Assembly: GCA_937975645.1 (NCBI GenBank)
Contig: CALJTV010000009.1
Coordinates: forward strand, 24,850 to 88,849
Source of the DNA: an uncultured Dehalococcoidia bacterium
GTDB lineage: Bacteria > Chloroflexota > Dehalococcoidia > GIF9 > UBA5629
Reading direction: 5' to 3'
Length of the DNA: 64,000 nucleotides
The notes beneath the pieces are model-generated. The model searched no databases, was not told where the DNA came from, and was given only the letters and a program-made list of their open reading frames with translations. A program made the position numbers and the translations under genes. Positions 36,239-46,511 of the stretch are shown here, piece by piece (position 1 is the stretch's first letter; every line of letters starts with the position of its first letter).

Positions 36239-38398
36239 CTAAAGTTTTTCAATCGGCGCCAAGCTAGCCAGCAATTTCTTGACCCCTGTGGTTGTGAAGG
36301 CTACAGTTATCTCCTGGTCATTGTCTGAAGTCAAACAGTCTATGACTATCCCGTCCCCGAACAATCTGTGGTGGATCCGATCCCCAACTTCAAGTTTTAT
36401 GAAATTGTCTGCCTTAGCTGGTTTCACTGAATAGATACTGGTTACTGGAGTAAACGCATCTTCTTTTTCTTGCCAGCTTGTTTTATGTATTGCGAGTTCT
36501 GATGGTATGTCTTTCAAAAACCTCGAAGGTGTAGTCCGAGAGCTACCACCGAATAAACTGCGTCGCAAGGCGTACGACAGATAGGCTCTTTTTTGGGCGC
36601 GGGTTATGCCTACATAGCATAGACGTCGTTCTTCTTCCACCTCGTCGGGACTGGCTGATTTGCGATGGGGCAAAAGTCCTTCTTCCATACCGGTAATGAA
36701 GACTACTGGAAATTCTAGTCCCTTTGCTTGGTGGAGTGTTATTAAGGTGACAGCATTTGTTCGTTCGTCCAGCTCGTCTGTATCTTGCACCAAGCTCACC
36801 TTTTCTAAAAACTGAGCCAGTCCTTCGGGGGGATCCAGAGAATCGTATTCTCTGGCTACAGCAGTGAGTTCCATAATATTTTCCCAACGTTCATCGCCGT
36901 TTTCTTGTTCGCAGATGTAAGCTTTGTATCCGGTCTTCCGAAGTAGCTCCTCTATAAGTGCTGAGAGCTTTAGCTCACGGCTCCGGACAGTGAGTTCCTC
37001 AATTAAATCTACAAAGCAAGAAACTGCGTAACTGGAGCGTGGCGTTAACACAATCCCATCTCTTTGTGCAGCTTTTTTCACGGCATGGTAGAGAGGGGTA
37101 TTCTCTTTCTTAGCCCAGGCTGATATTTCGGCTGATGTTCGCTGCCCAATTCCCCTGGCAGGCACATTTATTATGCGCATAAGACTTATGCTGTCGTTTT
37201 GATTGTATATCACCCTCAAGTAAGCAATAATGTCTTTAATCTCTTGCCTCTGATAGAACCTGATGCCACCAACCAGCTTGTATGGTATACCATAGCGTAT
37301 AAGTGTCTCCTCGAGGGCTCTTGATTGGGCGTTGACCCGGTACATGACAGCGCAACCGCTAAATTTTGTGATGTTTTCGCTGACAAGTTGCTCTATTTCT
37401 CTGGCAACGAACCGTGCCTCGTCTTCTTCATCGAAGGTTTCGATTATGGTTATCGGTGTTCCTATTTCATTCTCTGTCCACAGCCTTTTGGGCTTTCGCT
37501 GGAAGTTAGCCGAAATGATATTTGAAGCTACGTCCAAAATGATCTTGGTGGAACGGTAGTTTTGTTCCAAGTAAGCGACAGTCGTATCAGGGTAGTCTTT
37601 CTCAAAGCTCAAGATATTGCGCAGGTCGGCGAATCGCCAGGAGTAGATGGACTGGTCGGGATCGCCGACAACGCAGATGTTGCGGTGTTTCTCACCGATT
37701 TGTTTTATGAGCATGTACTGAGTTAAATTGGTATCTTGAAACTCGTCCACCAGGATGTGCTTATATCGGGACTGATATCGCGATAGCACCTCTTTATGTT
37801 CAGTGAAGAGCTGCACTGTTTTCATCAGCAGGTCGTCAAAGTCTACCCCGTGGCTTTGGTCAAGAGACTGCTGATACCGCTCGTAGACTCGCTGGACAAT
37901 TTCTTCGTAGTAGTTACTGATCTGTTTGGCGTAATCGGCTGGGGTCAACAGCCGGCTTTTGGCATACTTTATGGCCGACTGGATAGCTCTCGGGCTAAAT
38001 TGTCTCGGATCGAGGTTGAGTTCTTGCAGGCTCTGCTTGATCATGTTGAGTTGATCATCTTCATCGTGGATTACAAACCTCGGACTAAGTCCGATGGCAC
38101 TGCCATCCTGGCGAAGGATACCAGCGCATATAGCGTGGAAGGTGCCCACTGTGAGTGACCGAGAAACCTGTCCTAGAAGTGTTTCCAGACGGTACTTCAT
38201 CTCCTTTGCTGCCTTATTGGTGAAGGTGACTGCCATAATATGGCGAGGACTGATACCACAAACTTTTACCAGATACGCGATGCGGTGCGTAATGACACGA
38301 GTTTTGCCACTGCCAGGTCCAGCGATGATAAGCAAAGGTCCGCTTATTACCTCTACAGCCCGTCTCTGAGCTGGATTGAGTCCATCCAGTATGTCCAT
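36239..38398 (-). CDS. pcrA: PcrA/UvrD DNA helicase
   Basis: AGPGSGKT, TFTNKAA, VDEFQD, VGDPDQSIY, QNYRS, HQAKGLEF, EERRLCYVGITRA. Confidence 0.95.
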   Translation of the reverse strand: MDILDGLNPAQRRAVEVISGPLLIIAGPGSGKTRVITHRIAYLVKVCGISPRHIMAVTFTNKAAKEMKYRLETLLGQVSRSLTVGTFHAICAGILRQDGSAIGLSPRFVIHDEDDQLNMIKQSLQELNLDPRQFSPRAIQSAIKYAKSRLLTPADYAKQISNYYEEIVQRVYERYQQSLDQSHGVDFDDLLMKTVQLFTEHKEVLSRYQSRYKHILVDEFQDTNLTQYMLIKQIGEKHRNICVVGDPDQSIYSWRFADLRNILSFEKDYPDTTVAYLEQNYRSTKIILDVASNIISANFQRKPKRLWTENEIGTPITIIETFDEEDEARFVAREIEQLVSENITKFSGCAVMYRVNAQSRALEETLIRYGIPYKLVGGIRFYQRQEIKDIIAYLRVIYNQNDSISLMRIINVPARGIGQRTSAEISAWAKKENTPLYHAVKKAAQRDGIVLTPRSSYAVSCFVDLIEELTVRSRELKLSALIEELLRKTGYKAYICEQENGDERWENIMELTAVAREYDSLDPPEGLAQFLEKVSLVQDTDELDERTNAVTLITLHQAKGLEFPVVFITGMEEGLLPHRKSASPDEVEEERRLCYVGITRAQKRAYLSYALRRSLFGGSSRTTPSRFLKDIPSELAIHKTSWQEKEDAFTPVTSIYSVKPAKADNFIKLEVGDRIHHRLFGDGIVIDCLTSDNDQEITVAFTTTGVKKLLASLAPIEKL

Positions 38399-38404
38399 AG
38401 GTGT

Positions 38405-38752
38405 TTACTTACTCTGGTTGGTGTCGCGCCATTCAATTTTTACTTTCTGTGCGTCGACGCCGCTTATTGAGACTCCATCGGATTTTACTATAATGGTGGC
38501 ATCGCTGGGTTTTAGTTTTATGGTTGTCTCTGTCCCTGTGGAGCTTATACTTATTTCACTCAAAGGAACTTTGAGCACAACGTCGGCCTTTTGGGATGGT
38601 AGTCCGGAAATCACTTTGCCATCTAAGTACATGGATACGCCTTCTAGCCGTACTGTCGTCCCAATTCCAGCAGCCTCACAGCTACAAACAAGGAGCAATG
38701 CCACGGCGGAAAGTATGAATGTGCAAACCTGCCCGGCCTTTTTTCTAGTCAT
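38405..38752 (-). CDS. Hypothetical exported protein or lipoprotein
   Basis: AAGGAGG RBS; basic N-terminus plus hydrophobic stretch ending in Cys; beta-rich; co-oriented with pcrA. Confidence 0.65.
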   Translation of the reverse strand: MTRKKAGQVCTFILSAVALLLVCSCEAAGIGTTVRLEGVSMYLDGKVISGLPSQKADVVLKVPLSEISISSTGTETTIKLKPSDATIIVKSDGVSISGVDAQKVKIEWRDTNQSK

Positions 38753-38938
38753 TTCTTAGCCTCCTTGGTTTTTGTTGCTGTCCTTGAAGTAAAGGAGCCA
38801 GTTTGAGTACGAATATCGAAGGACATTTCTATGCAGATTATAACATCACGGTTGAAGAGGTCTCAAAATCGGTTGTAACTTTACCGGAATCTGGTTTTTA
38901 CCTATAATGTTCACTACTTTTTGTTGTCGGCTCTGCTC

Positions 38939-39484
38939 ATGAGGAAACTGGTGGCAATAGTGGGTATGGCTGGTGCAGGTAAATCGGAAATAGCACGCAT
39001 ATTCGAGCAAGAAGGTTTTAAGCGGGTCCGGTTTGGCGACATTACTGACGAGGAGATCAAAAAGCATGGTCTGGAGCTGACAGAGGAAAACGAGCGTTTT
39101 GTCAGAGAACGATTGCGGAAAGAGCATGGCATGGCAGCTTATGCCAAACTGAATTTGGCTCGGATTGACGCTCTACTTGAAGTTTCAGATGTTGTTGTTG
39201 ATGGCCTCTATTCGTGGGAAGAATATGTGTTGCTAAAAAAACACTATGGAGACAGTCTCTATGTTGTGGCTGTATGGTCTTCACCGAAGACAAGATATGA
39301 AAGATTGACTCGAAGGTCGGTTCGTCCTCTTACAAAGGAGATGGCGGCTGAAAGGGATGTTACGGAGCTGGAAAACACCAACAAAGGCGGACCCATTGCC
39401 ATGGCTGATTTTACCGTTATCAATGAGTCCACACTCGAGAACTTGGCAGCAGAGGTGAAGAAAATCATCAGGATTTTGGAGTGA
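38939..39484 (+). CDS. P-loop nucleotide kinase (dephospho-CoA kinase/AAA_17-like)
   Basis: VGMAGAGKS, LRKEHG, VVVDG, RYERL..R, AMADFTVINE. Confidence 0.8.
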   Translation: MRKLVAIVGMAGAGKSEIARIFEQEGFKRVRFGDITDEEIKKHGLELTEENERFVRERLRKEHGMAAYAKLNLARIDALLEVSDVVVDGLYSWEEYVLLKKHYGDSLYVVAVWSSPKTRYERLTRRSVRPLTKEMAAERDVTELENTNKGGPIAMADFTVINESTLENLAAEVKKIIRILE

Positions 39485-39963
39485 AAAAGTTGGCTCGCCC
39501 TGGTGTTGATGAATACTTTCTAAAAATAGCTTTAGTAGTGGCTGAGCGTTCGACTTGCCGCCGCCATCATGTCGGAGCGGTAGCAGTGAGGGACAAGCAC
39601 ATACTAGCTACCGGCTATAACGGTGCTCCTGCAGGGCTTAAGGATTGTCTGGAGCTTGGTTGTCTTCGAGATGAATTGAACATTCCGTCAGGTACAAGAC
39701 ATGAAGTGTGCCGTGGCATTCATGCTGAGCAAAATGTAATCATTCAGGCATCACTGCATGGTGTTAGTCTTGAAGGTGCAACAGTCTATTGTACACACAG
39801 CCCTTGTGTGCTTTGTGCCAAGATGCTCGTTAACGCTCGCATTAAGCGTTTCGTTACTTTTGGAAGGTACGCGGACGATGCCTTTTTGAAATTGTTCGGT
39901 GACGCCGACGTGGAGTTCGAAGTCAAAAAAAGACCTTCGTCTAGGATAACATATCTAGATTAA
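39481..39963 (+). CDS. dCMP deaminase (ComEB-like)
   Basis: RSTC, VGAV, TGYNG, HAEQN, PCVLC; GTGA overlap with the kinase. Confidence 0.92.
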   Translation: MKKLARPGVDEYFLKIALVVAERSTCRRHHVGAVAVRDKHILATGYNGAPAGLKDCLELGCLRDELNIPSGTRHEVCRGIHAEQNVIIQASLHGVSLEGATVYCTHSPCVLCAKMLVNARIKRFVTFGRYADDAFLKLFGDADVEFEVKKRPSSRITYLD

Positions 39964-40016
39964 CTTGATGCTATCCGGTGAGCTAGAGGTTTTGGTGAGA
40001 CCGATGTCTTTTGTCC

Positions 40017-40298
40017 CTATTCTGTTTCGGGTCTTAGCACTATCAGTCTGGGGCCGTCTTCCGTGTCTCTGACATCAATAGTGACACCGTCCACAACGAA
40101 AGCTAGTTCAGCACCGACCAGTAGTACTTTGGAGCCCTCGTGCTCTACCACTTGGTCACCCTCAGCCTCTTTATCCAGGACTAGGGCGAGTTGACCACCT
40201 GGACCCAGCGCTAGCCTTAGTCCAACTTCTGGGTCGTCTGTATTTGCTAGCAGCGCTTCGAGCAACAGTTGCTTTGCCCCATTCGTTACTGTCAACAT
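40017..40298 (-). CDS. HesB/IscA-like protein without cysteines
   Basis: MLTVT..A, GLRL, LVLD....GDQV, LLV.....VDGVTID fold pattern; AGGAGG RBS; no Cys. Confidence 0.7.
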   Translation of the reverse strand: MLTVTNGAKQLLLEALLANTDDPEVGLRLALGPGGQLALVLDKEAEGDQVVEHEGSKVLLVGAELAFVVDGVTIDVRDTEDGPRLIVLRPETE

Positions 40299-40525
40299 TT
40301 TTGTCCTCCTTAATCAAGCATCAGGGAATGAATTTCAGCACTTCACTCCAATAGCATTGTAACTCCATCTCAGCTGAGGTAACATACTCCTTTAGAGTTA
40401 TTATTGCAGCAAAAAAGGGGTTATTTTCAAAGGCAGTTAACTGGTTTCTTAAGCTTGCAAGATTCGGCTTGGCTTTGAAATGCCGCTAAAGTTCAACTAA
40501 AATTGGCAAAAAGGAGGTTTGTCGG

Positions 40526-41398
40526 ATGGAAATCAAAAAGGTCTGTATAGTGGGTGCGGGTACAATGGGGAGCGGAATTACTCAGGTGGTGGCGCAGGCT
40601 GGCTATAGGGCAACGATGGTCGATTTGAAGCAAGAACTGCTTGACAAGGGTGTATCTGCGATAAGAGAGAGTCTAGATAAGTTTGTGGCGAGAGGTAAGA
40701 TGCATCGGGAAAATATGGAGGCTGCTTTAGCCAACATCGAGACCACGACAGATCTGAAGGCTGCGGCTGTGGACGCAGACTATGTCATTGAAGCAGTCTT
40801 CGAGAGGGTTGAAATTAAAATGCCTCTGTTCCGGCAACTTGACGAGCTTTGTCCAGAGCATTCGGTCTTGGCATCCAATACATCAGGCATACCAATAGCC
40901 TTGCTTGCCTCGGTGACCAAGCGCCCCGATAGGGTGATCGGTATGCATTTTTTCAGTCCTGTGCCTCTCATGAGAGGGTTGGAAGTGGTCAGATCGCTTT
41001 TGACCTCGGAGGAGACGGTCAGAGTAAGTTTAGATTTCGGTAAATCCATTGGCAAGGAAGCCGTGGTAGTGAAGGACTCACCCGGGTTTGTTACTAACAG
41101 GATTATACCTCTAGTTATGAACGAAGCAGCCAAACTTTTGGAGGAGAACTTAGCCAGTATGGAAGATATTGACAAGATTGTCAGGCTCTCTTTCAATTGG
41201 CCCATGGGCCCATTTGAGCTGTGTGACCTAGTAGGCGTAGATGTGGCTGTTGATCTTCTAGAGGGTATATATCAGCAGACCGGATGGGAGCGATATAAGC
41301 CTGCCAGATTGCTCAAGAGGATGGTGGAGATAGGCTATCTGGGCCGAAAGGTAGGCAGGGGGTTCTATACTCTGTTCGCTGAGAAGCAAATACCCTAA
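40526..41398 (+). CDS. 3-hydroxybutyryl/3-hydroxyacyl-CoA dehydrogenase
   Basis: GAGTMG, VIEAVFE, ASNTS, GMHFFSP, PGFVTNR, PMGPFEL.D.VG.D. Confidence 0.93.
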   Translation: MEIKKVCIVGAGTMGSGITQVVAQAGYRATMVDLKQELLDKGVSAIRESLDKFVARGKMHRENMEAALANIETTTDLKAAAVDADYVIEAVFERVEIKMPLFRQLDELCPEHSVLASNTSGIPIALLASVTKRPDRVIGMHFFSPVPLMRGLEVVRSLLTSEETVRVSLDFGKSIGKEAVVVKDSPGFVTNRIIPLVMNEAAKLLEENLASMEDIDKIVRLSFNWPMGPFELCDLVGVDVAVDLLEGIYQQTGWERYKPARLLKRMVEIGYLGRKVGRGFYTLFAEKQIP

Positions 41399-41433
41399 AG
41401 TTGCGGAGAAACTGAGCATTAGAGAATGGTATT

Positions 41434-42450
41434 CTAGCGAGCAAACCTTCGCGTTGGTGGTTTGTCGCCGACACGGTTTCTCAGAATACCTATACCTTCT
41501 ACTTCCAATTCAATAACGTCGCCCGGCTGCAGCCAGCGGTTCAGTTCAGCGCCACAGCCCCTTTCCACAGTCCCTGAACCTAAGAAATCACCAGGATGTA
41601 AAGTCTCCTCCCAGGAGGCAAACTCGATAATATGTGCCCATGTCCAGTAGCTGGTGCCGCTGTTACCCTCCGACCATACTTCGCCATTGACCCGTGCTAC
41701 CATTCTTAGATTGGAAGGATCTATTTCGTCTGGTGTCACTAGGCACGGCCCCATAACGCTACAAAAGTCCTTCCCTTTGGCTGGTCCTAAGCGGGCTGTC
41801 ATCTCGAGTGCCTGAATGTCTCTAGCACTTATATCGTTAAAAATGGTATATCCGGCAATATATTCTACCGCTTGCTCTCGAGGGATGTTTTTCCCCTTTT
41901 TCCCGATATAAATGCCATATTCTAGTTCGTAGTCCAAGAGGTCTGTATAGCTGGGCCAGGGGATGACATCCTCCGGTCCGATAACTGTATCAGGATTACC
42001 TTTATAACAGACCGGCATTTGGTACCATGCTTCAGCCAGCTCCCTTTGTCCTGAAAAGCTAGCATGTCCCTCGAAGGCAAGATAGTCGCGGATTGAATTA
42101 GGTCGTGGTACCGGTGCCTTCAGTTTGACCTCGTCCATAGTGAAGGTCAGCCTTTCGCCGTTAGGTCCGAAAACGGTACCTTTTGCTAGTTGGCGGACGA
42201 CAAAATCGATCGCCACTGCGGCTGCTTCCTTTCCTTCCCTTCCGCTGTTGAAAAAGGCAACCATATCTGGTGGCAATATGAGAGAAGCTATTTCGCGGGC
42301 GCGATTTGCATCATATTTGGTGGCGAGGTAACAGGCGTAGGCGAAATTGAGGTCTATGATCGTTCGTTCACCTTTAAGAGCACCGATCCGCTGCATCCGC
42401 CCCACGACTGTGGTAACCTCGAATGTTACTAGTTTCATACGCGCCTCCAC
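41434..42450 (-). CDS. Fumarylacetoacetate hydrolase family protein
   Basis: IRDYLAFEGH, YKGN, LDYELE, NDISARDIQ, GPAKGKDF, GSGT. Confidence 0.88.
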   Translation of the reverse strand: MEARMKLVTFEVTTVVGRMQRIGALKGERTIIDLNFAYACYLATKYDANRAREIASLILPPDMVAFFNSGREGKEAAAVAIDFVVRQLAKGTVFGPNGERLTFTMDEVKLKAPVPRPNSIRDYLAFEGHASFSGQRELAEAWYQMPVCYKGNPDTVIGPEDVIPWPSYTDLLDYELEYGIYIGKKGKNIPREQAVEYIAGYTIFNDISARDIQALEMTARLGPAKGKDFCSVMGPCLVTPDEIDPSNLRMVARVNGEVWSEGNSGTSYWTWAHIIEFASWEETLHPGDFLGSGTVERGCGAELNRWLQPGDVIELEVEGIGILRNRVGDKPPTRRFAR

Positions 42451-42691
42451 GCTTTAATTATGGAGAGCTTAACAAACCCGGCTGCTGGTTGACAAGATTA
42501 AATTTTCCTGAACATTTTGCCTGATGGTGAGTTGAGGATAGAGGTATAGTCGGCTACAATCAAGGTAGTTTGGTAATTGCTAACTTCGGTGAAGTGTATT
42601 TGGCTGGCTTGTTTTTCTAGGTGGGTTCCCTTTATTCTAAGCAGATGCAGTCGATAGTCGATGGAATTAATCTTCTCGCAGAGGTGAAAAA

Positions 42692-42901
42692 ATGAGAGAA
42701 TGCAGTATGGAGAGCAACAGGTTGCAATGCAATTGTACCTATGAGCTTTGTCCCAGGAAAGGCATTTGCTGTGAATGTGTGAAATATCACCGCCAAGCTG
42801 GAGAATTACCAGCATGTTATTTCCCGCCCGAGGTGGAACGGACTTATGATCGTTCTATCAACAGGTTTATCGCTACACATGGCGGGCGAGCCAAACTATA
42901 A
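42692..42901 (+). CDS. Small Cys-rich protein (DUF6485-like)
   Basis: [18 protein letters not shown]...ELPACYF; GAGGTG RBS. Confidence 0.7.
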   Translation: MRECSMESNRLQCNCTYELCPRKGICCECVKYHRQAGELPACYFPPEVERTYDRSINRFIATHGGRAKL

Positions 42902-42942
42902 TTGCTGTCGGGCTTACAATATCGCTTGAAAGTCTAGGGCGA

Positions 42943-43476
42943 TCATCCTCTTTGCTCTCTAATGCTATAGATGCAACCACAATAGTTCTGTCGGTAAATT
43001 CCTTGCTCTTTGGCTATTTGTATGGCTCGTTTGAACCCTTCGTGCTTCTTGAAATCGTGCACAAGGAACCGGTCACTGCTGATGCCTATCCCTATTTTGT
43101 TTACTACAGACGCTTTCTTGTGCGGACTTACAGTCAAGGTGGTGGTGAAAAAATCTGCGCCACAATGCAGCATGTGATGGTATGTTCTTTCCAGCCGCAA
43201 ACGGTAGCAGATCTCGCATCTTTTACCACCTTCCGGTTCATCCATGAGCAAGCTTGTCTTTTCGAACCATTCTTCGGGTGAATAAGGTGCTACATCCAAG
43301 TGAAATTGAAAAAGCTTGGCGATGTGGTGTACAGCTTGGAGCCTTTTGTGGAATTCAGCCTCAGGATAAATGTTAGGGTTGAAGAAAAACCCGGTGATCT
43401 TGTATCCTTCGTTTAGCAATACAGTAATTGCACCGGCAGCGCAAACTCCGCAGCATATGTGCAGCACCACTTTCAT
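42943..43476 (-). CDS. queH: Epoxyqueuosine reductase QueH
   Basis: HICCGVC, FNPNIYP, EGGKRCEIC, TTLTVSPHK, YRQNYCGC. Confidence 0.9.
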   Translation of the reverse strand: MKVVLHICCGVCAAGAITVLLNEGYKITGFFFNPNIYPEAEFHKRLQAVHHIAKLFQFHLDVAPYSPEEWFEKTSLLMDEPEGGKRCEICYRLRLERTYHHMLHCGADFFTTTLTVSPHKKASVVNKIGIGISSDRFLVHDFKKHEGFKRAIQIAKEQGIYRQNYCGCIYSIREQRG

Positions 43477-43655
43477 CTGTCTCGTTTGCTCTTTTGTTAC
43501 ATCGGTCTGGTTGCACTATAGCATGGTTAAGATTCTGGGTTCAAGTGGTACAAACTTCCGTTCAAACTAGGTGGCTAAGCCGGTTTTCCAAGTGCGTTGG
43601 GATCATATTGGAGAAAAGGGGCTATAGAGGTTGATGCTTAGTCACGAGATGGTAG

Positions 43656-43705
43656 CCTCTATTCTCTCCTGCTGTAGTATCCTCTATTCTCTCCTGCTGT
43701 AGTAT
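43656..43705. repeat. Perfect 25-bp tandem duplication (CCTCTATTCTCTCCTGCTGTAGTAT x2)
   Basis: Read directly: 43656-43680 equals 43681-43705; the second copy runs into TATAAT. Confidence 0.95.
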
Positions 43706-43812
43706 AATGTAGGTAGCTGAGTTTATCGAAAACTCGGGTTGATAAGGTTAGTCAAATATATGTTCAAGGACAGATTGTGCTGTTGAATTAATGCCTCAGG
43801 AGGAAACTTGAC

Positions 43813-45195
43813 ATGGCAGGTAACAGCTACGAGATTTCTAGGACATTACGGTGCAAGAACCTCAACGTACCGGGAACTTTAAGCAAGCTAACATCAGCAA
43901 TTGCTAAAGTTGGCGGGAATATCGGGAATATCACCACCGTACATTTGGGGCACCACTACACAGTTCGGGATATCGAGGTGTTTGTAAGCAGCAGGGAGCT
44001 GCTTGCTGATCTACTGAATGAGATATCGAAGCTAAAAGAAGTGACGATATTGGAGGTCAGGGATAGTATACTTGATTTCCACGAAGGCGGAAAGATCAGG
44101 ATGGTCAATGCTGTGTCTATTAACTCGCTGGACGATCTACGAAAGGTATACACACCAGGAGTGGCTGAGGTTTGTAGCCTGATCAAAGAGAATCTGGCTT
44201 GGAAGGACAAGTATACCAGCATCCCGTATTCGGTAGCCATTGTTACCGATGGGACTGCAGTCCTAGGGTTGGGGGATATCGGACCTCTTGCCGGAATGCC
44301 TGTCATGGAAGGAAAGGCAGCGTTGATCTACCATCTGACCGGCGTAAGCATGGTGCCCATTTTACTCGACACAACTGATCCTGATGAGATCGTTAATATC
44401 ATTAAGCGCATCGCTATCACGTTCAGTGGTATACAACTTGAGGACATATCCTCGCCGCGCTGTTTCGTCATCCAGCAGAAGTTAGAGCAAGTGCTTGATG
44501 TCCCAATCATGCATGATGACCAACAAGGGACCGGTGTTGTTGTATTGGCAGCTTTGATCAATGCTTGCAAGATCACCGGTATTTCCCTTGAAAAAGCAAA
44601 GGTGGGCCTGATAGGTCTAGGTGCCGCCGGTATGTGTATCGGGGATTTCCTGCTACAGTATACAGGCAATCCGCCGTTGGGTACGGCGAGGACTGAAGCG
44701 ACTATCAAACGCTATGCTGACCGGGGGGGTATCCCTTCCACATTGAAAGAAATCATGGAAAAAGCCGATATTGTTGTTGCTACTTCGACTGTTTCCGGAC
44801 TGATTGAACCAAGCATGGTCAGGAAAGGGCAGATCATTTTCGCGCTATCAAACCCTGTTCCAGAGATTGAACCACAGCTTGCCCTTGCTGCTGGCGCTGC
44901 TCTGGCTGCTGATGGGAAGACGATAAATAACTTGCTTGCCTATCCTGGCATATGGCGGGGGGTGTTGGATGCTAAAGCTAGGCGGATTAACTTTGAAATG
45001 TATAAAGCGGCTGCTATCGCTATCGCCAGCTCTGCAAGTGAGGGCGAACTAGTGCCGAGCCCGTTAGAGCCCAAAGTGCACCTAGCGGTGACTCACAGTG
45101 TTGCTAAAGCAGCTATGGAAACAGGCGTAGCTCAGAGAGAGCTGGACAACGACTATTTTGAAAACACCAACATTAAAGAACCGCTCTGGAGCTGA
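43813..45195 (+). CDS. NAD(P)-dependent malic enzyme with N-terminal ACT domain
   Basis: ACT-like PGTLSKL...GGNI; YTPGVA, VTDGTAVLGLGDIG, PVMEGKA, LEDI, HDDQQGT, FALSNP.PEI. Confidence 0.92.
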   Translation: MAGNSYEISRTLRCKNLNVPGTLSKLTSAIAKVGGNIGNITTVHLGHHYTVRDIEVFVSSRELLADLLNEISKLKEVTILEVRDSILDFHEGGKIRMVNAVSINSLDDLRKVYTPGVAEVCSLIKENLAWKDKYTSIPYSVAIVTDGTAVLGLGDIGPLAGMPVMEGKAALIYHLTGVSMVPILLDTTDPDEIVNIIKRIAITFSGIQLEDISSPRCFVIQQKLEQVLDVPIMHDDQQGTGVVVLAALINACKITGISLEKAKVGLIGLGAAGMCIGDFLLQYTGNPPLGTARTEATIKRYADRGGIPSTLKEIMEKADIVVATSTVSGLIEPSMVRKGQIIFALSNPVPEIEPQLALAAGAALAADGKTINNLLAYPGIWRGVLDAKARRINFEMYKAAAIAIASSASEGELVPSPLEPKVHLAVTHSVAKAAMETGVAQRELDNDYFENTNIKEPLWS

Positions 45196-45280
45196 TTGGT
45201 TCCTTAGGCTTTTGCGTCAATGGACTCCTTCTATATGGATCCATATTCGGTGGCATGGTTGACCATTTTGGTATGTGCAC

Positions 45281-46381
45281 TCAAATATTGAACAGGAATG
45301 TGATAATGTCGCCGTCCTCGACAATGTAGTTCTTACCTTCCATTCTGAGGAGACCCTGTCTACGGGCTTCGGCGAGGCTACCACATCTGTGCAGGTCTGT
45401 GAAGCTCAATACTTCTGCCTTGATAAACCCCTTTTCTATGTCTGAATGTATCTTGCCAGCGGCTTTCAAGGCAGTAGTACCTTTGGGAATTGCCCATGCT
45501 CTTAGGTCATCTGAGACAATGGTGAAAAAAGAGACCAGTCCTAATAACTCGTATGAAGCCCTAACTATACGGTCAAGTGCCGGTTCGCTCAGACCCATGG
45601 CAGTACGGAATTCCCTGGCTTCGCTTTCGTTCAACTGGGTCAGCTCCATTTCCAGCTTACCGCAGATTGCCAGAATCCGGAAGTGTGTCTTGGGGTAGCG
45701 GCGGCAGAGCTCAGCCTCTATGGTCGAGCACTGGGTTATTTGACTTTCGTCAATGTTGACCACCACGAGCACAGGCTTGGCAGTTAAGAACTGAAAGTTG
45801 GCGAGATTGCGCATTTCCTCCGGGGTCAGCTCCTGCTCCCAGATCGGTCTTTCCTTTTCCAGACATTCTTTGACTTTGTGCAGAAGTGCTTGCTCCTTGA
45901 CAATTAAGTCGCGCTCTTGTGGCTTTGCACCTTTTAGAATCTCCTGGATTCGCTGTAATCTTCGTTCGATTATTGATAGGTCCGAAAAAATTAATTCGAG
46001 ATTTAGTGTTGCTATGTCCCGTTCTGGGTCGACGCTCCCTTCTATGTGGGGAATACGGTCGTCTTTAAATGCCCTTACCACGTGAAGCAATGCATCAGCC
46101 TTGCTTAGATAGTTCAGTAACTGACCTCCAATACCTTCAGTTTTGCCCAAGCCTTTTGTGAGACCTGCAATGTCGACGTATCGTATTTCGGCAGAGGTGA
46201 CCTTCTTTGGATGGAAAATTCTCTCTAGAACCTCCAGCCTTGGTTCAGGTACTTTAGCTATACCAATGTTAGTGGTTAGCTTTGTTGGTATGGAAGGTTC
46301 GGTGGTTATACTGCGTCTAGTTAAGGCATTAAATATAGTGGTCTTGCCACTTTTGGGTAGACCGATGATGCCGATCTCCAA
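45281..46381 (-). CDS. ychF: Obg-family ATPase YchF
   Basis: GLPKSGKTT, VDIAGL, NIDE, AAGKIHSD..KGFIKAE, EGKNY.VEDGD. Confidence 0.95.
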   Translation of the reverse strand: MEIGIIGLPKSGKTTIFNALTRRSITTEPSIPTKLTTNIGIAKVPEPRLEVLERIFHPKKVTSAEIRYVDIAGLTKGLGKTEGIGGQLLNYLSKADALLHVVRAFKDDRIPHIEGSVDPERDIATLNLELIFSDLSIIERRLQRIQEILKGAKPQERDLIVKEQALLHKVKECLEKERPIWEQELTPEEMRNLANFQFLTAKPVLVVVNIDESQITQCSTIEAELCRRYPKTHFRILAICGKLEMELTQLNESEAREFRTAMGLSEPALDRIVRASYELLGLVSFFTIVSDDLRAWAIPKGTTALKAAGKIHSDIEKGFIKAEVLSFTDLHRCGSLAEARRQGLLRMEGKNYIVEDGDIITFLFNI

Positions 46382-46511
46382 GTGTAACTCCCACTTCTCA
46401 ATATAGGGCAGATGCGACGAAAATGCAAGGTTTCTGTCTTATAACTTGTTGTAGCTATGCAGGACGATGTGCTATAATGTGGCAAATTGTTTGTCTGTTT
46501 ATAGAGCTACG

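Noticed and set aside
39481..39963. Anti-phage dCTP deaminase (kinase plus deaminase) defence system
   Set aside because: Two short separate housekeeping-like genes in core-genome context; the deaminase looks like an ordinary ComEB/dCMP deaminase. A DefenseFinder/PADLOC hit would overturn this.
43656..43705. CRISPR array
   Set aside because: Only two abutting copies with no spacer and no cas genes.
43709..43800. Hairpin CTGAGTTT/AAACTCGG in the malic enzyme leader as a riboswitch
   Set aside because: A single short stem with no recognisable aptamer consensus.
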